In this document: positions 28,271 to 38,542 of the stretch, in pieces
Layout of the letters: each line of letters opens with the position of its first letter
How positions within the stretch are numbered: the first letter of the stretch is position 1
DNA from: Fibrobacteria bacterium
GTDB taxonomy: Bacteria; Fibrobacterota; Chitinivibrionia; Chitinivibrionales; FEN-1185
Direction: 5' to 3'
Length of the DNA: 64,000 nt
Assembly (NCBI GenBank): GCA_037447435.1
Contig: JBBIGR010000009.1
Span: 1-64,000 of the forward strand
The notes under the pieces: generated by a model
Seen by the model: the letters and a program-made list of their open reading frames with translations, nothing else
What the model was told of the DNA's origin: nothing
Databases searched by the model: none
Program-made: the position numbers and the translations under genes

Positions 28271-29881
28271 TCACTCAATGTAAAATTTTGTCGTATACGT
28301 CCGTGCCGGTCCGTCATTGACGGTTGCGATATAGGCGCCGCGTCCGACGATGCTGCGCCGCCGAAGGTCCCACGACGCACAAGCGGCGTTACCGGTTATC
28401 GTCGCAATGGAATTCCCGCGCAGGTCTGCAATATGCAATTGTACGGCACGCCCGGGATTCCCGGGAACGCGGAACCGGACCGTTTTTAAGCGGGAATCAT
28501 ACGATGCGACAAGGCTGCTTTCACGCGAAGAATGGTTGGCTTTGGGATCATCGGCGGCGATGCGTGTCGGCGGCATTGTTATTGCCATAAGGGTCGTACC
28601 GGTGACGATAGGCACGTTGGTCTGGGTGCTCGTTGCTTCCTGCGCCGCGCCGCCGCCGTAATTCTCCAATGCAAGGCTGTTGACCTGTCCGGTTCCGCCT
28701 TTGGAAATGATCTTGAGGAAAAACGTCGGTTGGCTCACGGTTACCGTCGAAAGTAAATCGGTAAGGTCCAGGCCTATTTCGATGGTGGAACTTTTTCCGG
28801 ATCCGCACAGCGGTAAAGAACCGCCGCTGAAATTAAATGCACCTGCATAGTCCATTGTCGTCGTCGGGCTTGCGGCGTTTGGGGCGTTTGCCACGCCGGT
28901 CATGAGGCAAATTTTATTGCGCTGATTGTGCGTGAGGCCGATTTTAAAGGTTACTTTTGGAGAATAATTTATTTTGACCCTGCAAAACATGACAAACGCA
29001 TTGTTAAGGGGATTATCGTACCAGGCGGATTTGCCGTGCAGCAACGTATAGGGGCACCAGTAATCGCCGTCACCCCAGCCGGATTGAACGAGCCACGATC
29101 CGCCCTGAAAAGAATCGTCGTATCCGCAAATGGTCAGGGCGTGGCCGCCGCCGCCGCCAAGACTTGTAAAGGTCTTTCTGCCGTTTATGGTTGTCGTCGG
29201 CATTGCTTCGGCATTTGCCTGGAACGTCAAAAACGAGCCGGCAGGCGAGCCGTCGGCAAAATCATACACGATTTGCTTTATCATTTCGTCGGCCCCGGCC
29301 GCGTTCGGATCGATCTTATAGTATTGGTCGAGCCTGACCTTCATCGCTTTGTAATATTTGTCGTATCCGCTCATCCAGGCGTTGGTTTGATCTATCCCGC
29401 CGTCGAATCCGCCGAAATCCGTGCTTGTAGGGCAGCCGGTCGCTTTAAGAATATCGAACGCTTCGACGTACATCCACCCGTCTCCGCCGGTGGCCTGGTC
29501 GCCGTTGTCAAGAAAATGATACGTATAATTGTAGGTGTACAAAGGAACGGAACCGGATGAAGCGGTCGTTATTCCCAGCAAAGACTGTACGGCATAATCA
29601 TACGTAAAGCTAACCGCGCTTGCATTGGCGCAACTCCAACCGTCTATAGACCAATTCGTCGGCGGCATGTACGGTTTGGATGCGGCATCCGATTCGTGAT
29701 TGACAACGCCGGGCAACGGATGGGCGTTGCGGTCGCCGTAAATCTGCGGCAATACAAAGTCGGGTATCGAGGCTATTTTCGCATCGCTCATCGAGCCGAA
29801 TTGGGGCCTGATAACGCTTTGAGACAGGCTCGGTATACAAAAGCAACAAAGCAATAAGGATACTGCTTCAAAACAGTTCAT
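28271..29881 (-). CDS. Secreted papain-fold (C1-like) protein with C-terminal sorting-like domain
   Basis: Signal peptide; LPGVVNH, WSCANAS, GGHALTICGYDD, GWG; C-terminal DLRGN...WD...G.GAYI. Confidence 0.7.
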   Translation of the reverse strand: MNCFEAVSLLLCCFCIPSLSQSVIRPQFGSMSDAKIASIPDFVLPQIYGDRNAHPLPGVVNHESDAASKPYMPPTNWSIDGWSCANASAVSFTYDYAVQSLLGITTASSGSVPLYTYNYTYHFLDNGDQATGGDGWMYVEAFDILKATGCPTSTDFGGFDGGIDQTNAWMSGYDKYYKAMKVRLDQYYKIDPNAAGADEMIKQIVYDFADGSPAGSFLTFQANAEAMPTTTINGRKTFTSLGGGGGHALTICGYDDSFQGGSWLVQSGWGDGDYWCPYTLLHGKSAWYDNPLNNAFVMFCRVKINYSPKVTFKIGLTHNQRNKICLMTGVANAPNAASPTTTMDYAGAFNFSGGSLPLCGSGKSSTIEIGLDLTDLLSTVTVSQPTFFLKIISKGGTGQVNSLALENYGGGAAQEATSTQTNVPIVTGTTLMAITMPPTRIAADDPKANHSSRESSLVASYDSRLKTVRFRVPGNPGRAVQLHIADLRGNSIATITGNAACASWDLRRRSIVGRGAYIATVNDGPARTYTTKFYIE

Positions 29882-30014
29882 ATGGTCCCGCTTTCTTTTT
29901 TGCGTCGTAATTCATAGTATCTTAGTATACCATAAAATGCAAAGATAAATCTGATTTAAAGTATTTTCAATCCGACCGTTCAATGACACAAACTATTCTT
30001 CAGAAGGACGCACC

Positions 30015-31160
30015 ATGCTCTACCGGAAACTCGGAAAAACAGGGATAGATCTTTCGATTTTGGGGTTCGGCTGCATGCGCTTGCCGGTCATCGACCGCAA
30101 ACCCGAACAAATAGATATTCCAAAAGCAACGCAGTTGCTGCACTATGCCGTCGATAATGGCGTCAACTATGTCGATACCGCCTATTTTTATCATGCGGCG
30201 ATTTTCGGCCAGCGGGGAATGAGCGAGCCGTTTCTCGGCGATGCGTTGTCGGGGCAGTGGCGGAAAAAAGTCCGGTTGGCGACTAAAATGCCGTTATTTC
30301 AGCTCACGCAACGTGAACAAATGGATTCCTATTTGGCCGAACAATTGGACCGGCTTAAAACCGATTATTTGGACTTTTATCTTCTGCACGGTCTAAACGG
30401 CAAAATGTGGGACAAAATGCTGTCCCTCGGCGTACGCGAATTTTTGGACAAAAAACAGGCCGAAGGAAAAATTAAATTTCCCGCATTTTCATTTCACGGC
30501 AATGCTGCCGATTTCATGCGCATTTGCGACGGATACGACTGGGCTTTTGCGCAAATTCAATACAATTATATGGACACGGATTTTCAGGCCGGATACAAGG
30601 GCCTCAAATATGCCGCCGATAAAGGTATGGGAGTCGTGGTGATGGAGCCGCTTAAAGGCGGTAAGCTTGCCCAGAATCTTCCCGGGGAACTTCCGGCCAT
30701 TTTCAATGCGGCCGCAACCCAAATGAGCCCGGCGCAGTGGGCCTTGCGGTACGTATGGAACGATCCTGGTGTGTCGAGCCTGTTGTCGGGCATGAATACT
30801 ATGGAACAACTTGAGGAAAACCTCAAAGTCGCCGATTCCGGTATCGCGAATTCCCTTGGCAAAAACGAATTGTCGGTTCTCGATACGGTGAAAACCTCGA
30901 TGATGAAAAAAATAAAAGCCGATTGTACTGCCTGCCGGTATTGCATGCCCTGCGCGTCCGGCGTCGATATTCCCGACGTTTTGTCCGCAATCAACAATGC
31001 GGCGATCTGGAACGACGCCAATGCCTGGCTTTCAGGTTATGCGGTTGTCAACGGCAAAGCGGGCAAATGTACCGATTGTAAAGCATGCGATAATGTTTGT
31101 CCCCAGCAATTGCCCGTGTCCGCGCTCATGAAGGAAGCCGTGGCATTGTTCAAGGAATAG
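30015..31160 (+). CDS. Aldo/keto reductase with C-terminal [4Fe-4S] dicluster
   Basis: LGFGCMRLP, NYVDTAY.YH, QIQYNY.D, MEPLKGG, CTACRYCMPC, CTDCKAC..VCPQ. Confidence 0.92.
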   Translation: MLYRKLGKTGIDLSILGFGCMRLPVIDRKPEQIDIPKATQLLHYAVDNGVNYVDTAYFYHAAIFGQRGMSEPFLGDALSGQWRKKVRLATKMPLFQLTQREQMDSYLAEQLDRLKTDYLDFYLLHGLNGKMWDKMLSLGVREFLDKKQAEGKIKFPAFSFHGNAADFMRICDGYDWAFAQIQYNYMDTDFQAGYKGLKYAADKGMGVVVMEPLKGGKLAQNLPGELPAIFNAAATQMSPAQWALRYVWNDPGVSSLLSGMNTMEQLEENLKVADSGIANSLGKNELSVLDTVKTSMMKKIKADCTACRYCMPCASGVDIPDVLSAINNAAIWNDANAWLSGYAVVNGKAGKCTDCKACDNVCPQQLPVSALMKEAVALFKE

Positions 31161-31203
31161 TTTTCACCGGATAATGCCGGTTTTAGACGGTCCACCGAGA
31201 CCG

Positions 31204-31593
31204 CTACTTTCCGCCGGCAGCTTTTTGTACATCTTCGGGAAAATCGGCCATTTCCTGAACCTGGCGGATTTCGATAGTCCCGTTTGCGGAAGCAGGACAT
31301 TTGCTTGCCCAGGCTATCGCTTCCTCCTTGGATTCGACGTCGATCATCCAGTAACCTCCCAGCACTTCTTTCACATTTGGAAACGGCCCGTTGGTCACGA
31401 CCGGCTTTCCGTTGGAGAATGAGACGCGTGCGCCCATCGACGGCGGATGCAATCCGTCAAGAGACAGCAATATCCCCGCTTCCTGCATGGCCGTATTGAA
31501 TTTCGTCATTTCCGCAACAAGTTTTGCATCGGGCATTGTTCCCGGCGCGGCTTGCTCATACCCGTTCGGTATCATCAGCATCATGAAACGCAT
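31204..31593 (-). CDS. YciI family protein
   Basis: MRFMML, GLHP, GPF...KEVLGGYW, EEAIAWA..CP, EIRQV. Confidence 0.88.
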   Translation of the reverse strand: MRFMMLMIPNGYEQAAPGTMPDAKLVAEMTKFNTAMQEAGILLSLDGLHPPSMGARVSFSNGKPVVTNGPFPNVKEVLGGYWMIDVESKEEAIAWASKCPASANGTIEIRQVQEMADFPEDVQKAAGGK

Positions 31594-31619
31594 AGGGTTC
31601 TCCTTTAGAAATGGTTTAT

Positions 31620-32174
31620 TTATAACGGTTCATAATAGAGCAGGATATTTCCGGAATTAAAAACTTTCGTTTGTATAAGCTTTAAATCGAGGGTCCCGTC
31701 CTTTTTCTTGAATAGCGGCGTTCCGCCTCCCAAAATAACGGGGTTGACGATTATCCGGTATTCGTCGATAAGATCGAGCTTCCTAAACGTTGAGACCAAA
31801 TTCGCGCTTCCGAAAATAAACAGGTTTTTTTCGCTTTGCGCCTTTAATTTTTTTACCTCTTTTTCAATCGACCGGTTAATGACCGTGGTATTTTGCCACG
31901 AAGCGTCCGAAATGGTTCTCGAAAACACGTATTTGGGGATTCTGTTCATTCTTTCCGCAACATGCGGATCGTCTTTCAATGCGCCCCGACTCGGCCAATA
32001 CGCGGCCATTAAATCATACGTAATCCGTCCAAAAATCAATGCCTCGGCGCTGTCGAGCTGGTCAATGGCAAAATCATTGAATTCGGCATCAACGTTATGC
32101 CAATCGATGTTTCCGTCCTTACCTTCAAAAAAGCCGTCTAGGGTAATCATATTGAAAAGAATGATTTTTGCCAT
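31620..32174 (-). CDS. Dihydrofolate reductase/RibD C-terminal family protein
   Basis: ITLDGFFEG, FGRITY, KYVFSRT, FGSANL, LIDEY, PVILGGGTPLF. Confidence 0.88.
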   Translation of the reverse strand: MAKIILFNMITLDGFFEGKDGNIDWHNVDAEFNDFAIDQLDSAEALIFGRITYDLMAAYWPSRGALKDDPHVAERMNRIPKYVFSRTISDASWQNTTVINRSIEKEVKKLKAQSEKNLFIFGSANLVSTFRKLDLIDEYRIIVNPVILGGGTPLFKKKDGTLDLKLIQTKVFNSGNILLYYEPL

Positions 32175-32324
32175 AGTATACCCCCTTTACCCAAAATTAC
32201 GTTTCAATTGCAAATATTATGCGCGATAAAAATTTGTTTTATCCGCGGGAACCGATCTAATTTTCCAGCACGAGCGGTCTGCGCGTTGCAGGCCGTATTT
32301 AAACATCACCGGAGGAAGCATTCT

Positions 32325-32906
32325 ATGAAAGCAATTGCAATCAACGGAAGCCCCCGAAGCGGCGGGAATACCGAATTCCTTCTTAAAAAAGTACTGGAGC
32401 CGATAAAAGAAGCCGGAATAGAAACCGAGCTTTTGCAAATCGGCGGAAAAAATATCCGCGGCTGCACGGCATGTTACAAATGCAGGGAAAATAAAAATTC
32501 ACGCTGTGCGGTCACCACCGACGTTGCAAACGAATTTATCGCCAAAATGATAGAGGCCGACGCGATAATATTGGGTTCACCCACTTACTTTGCCGATATG
32601 ACCGCCGAGCTCAAGGCGCTCATAGACCGGGCCGGTTTTGTCTCCGGCGGTAACGGCAGGCTTTTCTCCCGAAAAATCGGCGCTGCCGTGGTCGTCAACC
32701 GCCGCGGCGGAGCGATGCACGTCATGGATTCCATCAACCACATGTTTCTTATGTCAAGAATGATCGTGCCGGGTTCAACCTATTGGAATTTCGGCGTGGG
32801 TATGCAAAAAGGGGCTGTCGAAAACGACGCCGAATCGCTTGTCAATATGAAAGACCTCGGGGAAACCATAGCCTGGCTTGTCAAGACCATTCACGCCGCA
32901 AAATAA
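32325..32906 (+). CDS. Flavodoxin-fold iron-sulfur flavoprotein / NADPH-dependent FMN reductase
   Basis: INGSPR.GGNT, GCTACYKC...C, GSPTYF, LKALIDR, RRGG, GSTYWN. Confidence 0.9.
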   Translation: MKAIAINGSPRSGGNTEFLLKKVLEPIKEAGIETELLQIGGKNIRGCTACYKCRENKNSRCAVTTDVANEFIAKMIEADAIILGSPTYFADMTAELKALIDRAGFVSGGNGRLFSRKIGAAVVVNRRGGAMHVMDSINHMFLMSRMIVPGSTYWNFGVGMQKGAVENDAESLVNMKDLGETIAWLVKTIHAAK

Positions 32907-32913
32907 CCATGAA

Positions 32914-34344
32914 TTAATGGTAAAGATGCAAAAGCCCGTTTTGCACGACGGAACCGGCTGTTACCCGAACCGGGTAAAAGCCGGGACCAACCCTGCGGCC
33001 GTTTTCCGCATTGCCGTCCCACAATAGCAGGGAAGCGAAGGAAGAAGCGAAAAGCCTTCGGACCACCCTTCCCCGTGAATCGAAAATGGTTGCGGTTTTC
33101 CCGACGCGCGGTACCGCAAAATACGCGGAGCAATCATGGGCTTGCCCGTGCGCGCGCAATTCAAAAAACGTTTCACGACTTTGTCCGGTCTTTTGCGGTC
33201 CCAGCGCGTTGGGGCCGCCCGCTATTTCAATTGCGTCAAGATCCGCGGCGGTATACCCGAACTCGGTCAGGTAGCGGTCCATGACCGTGGGGCTGTATTT
33301 TCCGGGAACATACCAATTGTTCGGTTCCCTCAGTTTTCTCGCCACATACCAGTCGACCGCGGGCGCGAAAGTTCCCATGACGAGCCGGCAGGGGAGCGGC
33401 ACAACATCGGGCAAATACCTGTCGTCGGGTCCGTCCGTACAAGCAAGAATCGAATCGATGATGCAAAGCTGCTGACGCACCGGGGATCCGCCGAGTATCG
33501 CATCGTGTTTGTTTATGTCGAACATGAAATTGATTTCGTGCATGGCATTGGGGTCCCAGAACGTGCCGTAATGATTTTTGCTGCAGCCGGTAAACCCGCT
33601 CAAATTGATCCGGTCATGGCCCTTGTTGACCGCAAGGTTTATGAGAATGTCGATTTGTCCGGTCGCAAGCAGTGTCGTGCATTTATACGTGCTTCCCACT
33701 GCCTGGCTCGGCAAGGTCACATCGGTGAGCCCGCCTAACGATTCGTTTAAATTGCTGACCACGGCATGCGTTTTTGTCGAATCGCTTGTGTCAAGAGTGA
33801 AGTACGGGGAATATTTGTTGCTCCCGCTCGCGGTCGTCGAGCCGTCGTATAAAAGGATGTTCGCGGGAACGACGCCGAATCCGCTCAGCACGGCAACGAG
33901 TTTCGAAACGATCGCCATATGCGGCATATTGTACGTGTTGACGGCATTCACCTTGATCGCGACGACCGTACCGGCCCACTCCTTGCTCGATCGGAATATT
34001 TTCCTCCACGCCTGGTCTGCCGAAAGCGGGGTTTGCCCGCTTTTCGAAGCAAGCGATATTGCCATTTGGTCAAGGTTATTGCTTACCCGTGCGGAATCGA
34101 TGCCGTTGTTCTGGGCGGCAAACGACGACAGCGTTGCATTGGGCTTAAGCATCGCGGTATCGTGGCAGCAAACAACGCGCATATTGTCGATATCCGGATT
34201 TACGGGCATTCCGGAGGTCCACGCTGTCTTGTTTGCAAATGCCGCTCTCGTGCTTCCTGTCGCCGCAATTCCTGCCGCGGCGGCAGTAGTCATTTTTAAA
34301 AAATCCCTGCGACTTTCGAATCTATTGTTGCGTTTGTCCGTCAT
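32914..34344 (-). CDS. Tat-exported DUF362-like protein with C-terminal FlgD/T9SS-like domain
   Basis: SRRDFLK twin-arginine signal; VAIKVN, LINLAVNKGH, TGCSKNHYG, PAVD; C-terminal IFDSRGRVVR..WDG..GRRVGPGFY. Confidence 0.75.
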   Translation of the reverse strand: MTDKRNNRFESRRDFLKMTTAAAAGIAATGSTRAAFANKTAWTSGMPVNPDIDNMRVVCCHDTAMLKPNATLSSFAAQNNGIDSARVSNNLDQMAISLASKSGQTPLSADQAWRKIFRSSKEWAGTVVAIKVNAVNTYNMPHMAIVSKLVAVLSGFGVVPANILLYDGSTTASGSNKYSPYFTLDTSDSTKTHAVVSNLNESLGGLTDVTLPSQAVGSTYKCTTLLATGQIDILINLAVNKGHDRINLSGFTGCSKNHYGTFWDPNAMHEINFMFDINKHDAILGGSPVRQQLCIIDSILACTDGPDDRYLPDVVPLPCRLVMGTFAPAVDWYVARKLREPNNWYVPGKYSPTVMDRYLTEFGYTAADLDAIEIAGGPNALGPQKTGQSRETFFELRAHGQAHDCSAYFAVPRVGKTATIFDSRGRVVRRLFASSFASLLLWDGNAENGRRVGPGFYPVRVTAGSVVQNGLLHLYH

Positions 34345-34357
34345 ACGGGTCTTTTCA

Positions 34358-34927
34358 TTACTTTGTTTGAATTTTTGAGGCATATTGGCTCAAGAAAACA
34401 GCAGCGTTGCCGAGCGCTTGTGTCTGGTCCGCGTAGCCCAACAGCCGGATCTCGAAATAAAACCGGTCGAACCATGCAAAAGCGGTTATGCCTTGAAAAA
34501 GGATTTCCGGTTTTCCGACCGCAACGGAACTATCGAACGACGGTATTGTCAACGCCGCGGTCACCGATGCTTTTTTGTACGCATACATTGCCGAAGCTTT
34601 TGCCGCGGTACCGAAATCCATACAGAGCGACCGCATTGTCCGGGAATCGGCCGACGTGAAATTCTGTGCCGATGCGGCGATAAGCCCGCGGTCTATGTAT
34701 TCCACGTTCCCGCCGTTGATGGCCAGGTTCAGGTTTTCCGGTGTGTAAATGACAAAACTGTCGGCGTCCGCGACCTGCGAAAAGCCGGTGCCTGCGGCAG
34801 AAACAATTTTTAAGCTGTTTACCGATGGCGACGTGTTTTGCACCTGCGTGTTCACGCCCGATTTTGCGCAGGACAAAGCGGTAGCGATGCAGAAAAAAAC
34901 AACGGTACGGAATGGAATTTTGCACAT
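34358..34927 (-). CDS. Hypothetical lipoprotein (DUF6599-like)
   Basis: Lipobox ALSC; YTPENL..AINGG..EYIDRG; MDFGT..A..Y. Confidence 0.6.
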   Translation of the reverse strand: MCKIPFRTVVFFCIATALSCAKSGVNTQVQNTSPSVNSLKIVSAAGTGFSQVADADSFVIYTPENLNLAINGGNVEYIDRGLIAASAQNFTSADSRTMRSLCMDFGTAAKASAMYAYKKASVTAALTIPSFDSSVAVGKPEILFQGITAFAWFDRFYFEIRLLGYADQTQALGNAAVFLSQYASKIQTK

Positions 34928-35133
34928 GCTGCACGACTCTTTTGCAAAAGGTGATCGCAAACAACGGTTCAGCCAAAAATATGCCCGTGCGTCGCAAAGA
35001 GTCAAATGATAGATAGGGCTATTCAAAGACATTTTAAAGCGATCATAAATTTGCCGGTATTATTTTGAAACGAATGCTTTTTGGACGGTATTAACAAAGG
35101 AAAAACGGAATATTTATTGCAAAGGAGAAAACC

Positions 35134-35409
35134 ATGGTCACCTCCGTCATTCTCATAAACGTCGAACGGTTTAAAATCAATGAAACCGCCGAATTGCTGG
35201 CCGGTACGGAAGGTATTTCGGAAGTGTATTCCGTCAGCGGGGAATTCGATCTTATCGCGATTGCCCGCGTTCAGTCCAACGAGGAGCTTTCCGAGCTTGT
35301 CACGGGAAAATTGCTGAAAATCGATTCCATCGTAAAGACGTCGACCATGCTTGCGTTCAAGGCCTATTCGAAACACGATTTGGAATCGATGTTCATGGTC
35401 GGTTCATAA
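35134..35409 (+). CDS. Stand-alone Lrp/AsnC ligand-binding domain protein
   Basis: SEVYSVSGEFDLIA...T.TM.AF.AYS.HDLE; RBS AGGAG. Confidence 0.88.
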   Translation: MVTSVILINVERFKINETAELLAGTEGISEVYSVSGEFDLIAIARVQSNEELSELVTGKLLKIDSIVKTSTMLAFKAYSKHDLESMFMVGS

Positions 35410-35639
35410 ATCAAACGTTGAACCGGTTGAAGGTGATATGACAATCGATCGGTCCCTTAGTTCTTTTACAGCCTTATATGCATAAACGACTGTTTTCTAC
35501 CAGAAAACACTTTCCGGATTCCTCTGTTTTACAATGTGTAAAACGCCCGTATATTTATGGGAGAGGCCGAAATGACCGGCACAATATCGCAATTCATTCT
35601 CTCGCAAAAGCAAAACATACCGGCAAAACAGGGGGCTTT

Positions 35640-36662
35640 ATGTTTGCGGAAAAAATTCATGAGATACACGTTGAAATCACCAATCATTGCAACTTGTCAT
35701 GCAAATTTTGCCCGCATTCGGCAATGAAAAGAAAACGCGGTTTCATGTCCCTCGAGTTGTTCCAAAAAATCATAAACGAAATTGCCGAGAATCAAATAGC
35801 CGACTATGTATCTTTTCATGTCATGGGCGAACCGCTTTTACATCCGCAGTTTCTCCAGATGCTCGAATATGCCTCATTGAAAAATATGAAAATCCATCTT
35901 ATCACGAATATCAGTCTGCTCAATGACGCATCGATTGATGCAATGTTACGCAATGTTGCGATACTCGAATTGAGTTTGCAAAGCTTCGACGAATCTTCGT
36001 TTGCCCAGCGCGGAGCCGCGGCTTTGACATACGGCGACTATATCGCAATTGTAAAGAAACTGTTGCACAGGAAATTGGAAATGGGCGCGCCGGCGCGCAT
36101 TAACGTCAGTCTGATGGAAAATTCGGCGAATGCAGCCAAAGGGTTTCCGTCGCATATAAAAGTTCTCGACGGCGATACAAGCCTCCAAACGCATTTAAAA
36201 ACATACTGGTATGATTTCTTCAAAACCCTTTCCTTCGACTTCGGCGTAAACCTTTCAATGCCCGCGACCGTTGTTGTCAGGAATTTTTCGCACGAATTCC
36301 TTCCCGGTATTACGATCGCGACCCGCTATGCGATGAATTGGGCGAACTCGATTACCGAATCGGAGCATGTATTTCCCGCTTTATTCGCAAAATGCAATGG
36401 ACTCAGCGGGCAGCTCGGCATTCTCTGGAACGGAGATGTTGTGCCCTGCTGTGCCGACTTCGAAGCGAAAATCGTACTCGGAAACTGTACCCATACGCAA
36501 CTCAAGGCAATCGTCACGACGAAACAGGCTTTAACGATAAAGCACGGACTTTGCAAAGGCGTTTTGCATCATGAGCAATGCAAACGGTGCAAAGGCGGCA
36601 CCACGGCTTTCAGCTGGTTTGCCATCCAGCTGTATTCGTTCATTCAATTCAGGCACTTGTAA
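35640..36662 (+). CDS. Radical SAM protein with SPASM/twitch domain
   Basis: EITNHCNLSCKFCP, GEPLLH; C-terminal C...GDVVPCC.D...LGN...CKRC. Confidence 0.88.
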   Translation: MFAEKIHEIHVEITNHCNLSCKFCPHSAMKRKRGFMSLELFQKIINEIAENQIADYVSFHVMGEPLLHPQFLQMLEYASLKNMKIHLITNISLLNDASIDAMLRNVAILELSLQSFDESSFAQRGAAALTYGDYIAIVKKLLHRKLEMGAPARINVSLMENSANAAKGFPSHIKVLDGDTSLQTHLKTYWYDFFKTLSFDFGVNLSMPATVVVRNFSHEFLPGITIATRYAMNWANSITESEHVFPALFAKCNGLSGQLGILWNGDVVPCCADFEAKIVLGNCTHTQLKAIVTTKQALTIKHGLCKGVLHHEQCKRCKGGTTAFSWFAIQLYSFIQFRHL

Positions 36663-36756
36663 TGCCGTAAACAACAATTGTGCCCTATGCGATCCCAGCG
36701 CTACGCCATTATCAACTATATTCTACTAACCCCCTGTTTTGCAGGGGATAGTAACC

Positions 36757-37881
36757 ATGGCTATTAAAAAAAACGATAGGGCTTTGCCGATGATGCTTTC
36801 CGATGTTGCCCGCGGCCGGGATAATAATTTCAATATCATCCGGATTTGTGCCGCTTTGGCCGTATTGGTTACCCATAGCTTTGCTTTGGTCGTTGGATCC
36901 GGCAATGCCGAGCCGCTGCGAAATACCCTCGGCATGACTTTGGGTTATATCGCCGTGGATATCTTTTTTATTACCAGCGGATTTTTAGTGACGGCAAGTT
37001 TGCTGTCTCGGCAAAGTACGCTCGAATTCATTTGGGCGCGCGTTCTGAGAATTTATCCCGCCCTTATCGTCATGCTGCTTTTTACCGTTTTGGTACTTGG
37101 CCCCGTCTTCACCGCGTTACCGATATCGCAGTATTTCGCTTCCAAAATAACCGTCAAATATTTTGTCAAATGCGCAACCCTCCTGTTCGGCGTCGTGTAC
37201 GATCTTCCGGGGGTTTTTGTCGATAATCCGTATAAAGGCGCGGTCAATGGTTCTCTCTGGACAATGCCGTCCGAAATTAAAATGTATCTGTTCCTTGCCG
37301 GCGCATGGTTGATTTTAGGCCTTGTCCGCGCGGTCCGGTTGCCGGCGTTCAAATGGGCCGTGATCATTGCCGCTTCCGCCGCAGGCGTTTATGTGGTCGT
37401 GAGCGAATTTTGCGTTTCGTCCCCCAGCTATTTTATCCGGCTGTTTTTCATGTTTTTCACGGGAGCCTCGTTTTACATTCTCAAAAACCGCATACCCGTG
37501 TCGCGTGTTCCGTTCGCGGTTCTGTTTGCGGCGTTATTGCTCTCTGTAGTCAATAAACAGTTTTTTTTCGTCGTATACATGTGCAGTCTTGCCTATATTC
37601 TGTTTTTCATCGCGTATGTTCCCAAAGGAATAATCCGGCAGTATAATCGGCTCGGCGATTATTCCTACGGCATTTACATTTACGCTTTTCCGGTGCAGCA
37701 ATCCATTATTGCGTGCATTCCCGGCATTTCAATTTTTCAAATGATCGTATTGTCTGCGGCAATTACCCTGGTTTTTTCCGTTCTGTCGTGGCATATTCTG
37801 GAAAAGCGCGCACTGACGCTCAAAAGCTTTTATGTCGGGCACACGCGAAAGCTGTTTGCCGGGCAGCGAAGCGTTATTTAA
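36757..37881 (+). CDS. Acyltransferase-3 (OafA-like) membrane O-acyltransferase
   Basis: R.NNFN.IR..AA..V..THS, AVDIFF.TSGFLV, R.LRIYPAL, NGSLWT...E, DYSYGIYIYAFPVQQ. Confidence 0.9.
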   Translation: MAIKKNDRALPMMLSDVARGRDNNFNIIRICAALAVLVTHSFALVVGSGNAEPLRNTLGMTLGYIAVDIFFITSGFLVTASLLSRQSTLEFIWARVLRIYPALIVMLLFTVLVLGPVFTALPISQYFASKITVKYFVKCATLLFGVVYDLPGVFVDNPYKGAVNGSLWTMPSEIKMYLFLAGAWLILGLVRAVRLPAFKWAVIIAASAAGVYVVVSEFCVSSPSYFIRLFFMFFTGASFYILKNRIPVSRVPFAVLFAALLLSVVNKQFFFVVYMCSLAYILFFIAYVPKGIIRQYNRLGDYSYGIYIYAFPVQQSIIACIPGISIFQMIVLSAAITLVFSVLSWHILEKRALTLKSFYVGHTRKLFAGQRSVI

Positions 37882-37896
37882 CAACATGAGGACACT

Positions 37897-38520
37897 ATGA
37901 CCGATCAAAATCCGTTGTTTTTACGAAACCAAACCTTGAAATCGATATACAATCGCCACAGCGTCCGTATGTTTACGGATCAGGATGTCACGCAAGACGA
38001 CATCGCCACCATATTGAATGCCGCAAACCAGGCGCCCTCGGCCCATAATCAGCAATCGTGGCGCTTTGTCGTGCTTAGAGGTGAAAAAAAATCCGAACTG
38101 GTCAATTTGGTCACGACTCATTCTGCAGGGTTTCCGCGGCCCACCTCGGCCCTCCTTCGTATGGCTGCGCGCAGTATCGCAAGCGCGCCGCTGGTTATCG
38201 CGGTTATCAATACGGGCGAGCTCATGCAACGGGGACCGGAATTGTTCGAGGTGGATAAAAATATCGCGCTTGATTTTTTCCGCATCATGGAAATTCAAAG
38301 TTCCGCTGCGGCGGTTGAAAACATGCTGCTTGCGGCAACGTCAATCGGTTTGTCGTCGGTATGGCTGGGAATCTTGATCATGGTGCAGGAACAGGTGTTG
38401 CGGTATCTGGGAAATCCGGGCGGCGAATTCATGGCCGTCGTGCCGGTCGGTTATGCGCAAAAAATCAATGCAGGCCCCAAGAAACGTTCGCTCGACGTGA
38501 CGGTCCAGTACTTGTCGTAA
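37897..38520 (+). CDS. Nitroreductase family protein
   Basis: RHSVRMF, APSAHNQQSWRFVV, AAVENMLLAA..GL.SVW.G. Confidence 0.9.
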   Translation: MTDQNPLFLRNQTLKSIYNRHSVRMFTDQDVTQDDIATILNAANQAPSAHNQQSWRFVVLRGEKKSELVNLVTTHSAGFPRPTSALLRMAARSIASAPLVIAVINTGELMQRGPELFEVDKNIALDFFRIMEIQSSAAAVENMLLAATSIGLSSVWLGILIMVQEQVLRYLGNPGGEFMAVVPVGYAQKINAGPKKRSLDVTVQYLS

Positions 38521-38542
38521 ATACAACCCGTCTCCGTATTTG

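Noticed and set aside
30015..38520. Radical SAM/acyltransferase/nitroreductase region as a RiPP or biosynthetic cluster
   Set aside because: No precursor peptide, transporter or PqqD/RRE domain; genes are common families in mixed orientation.
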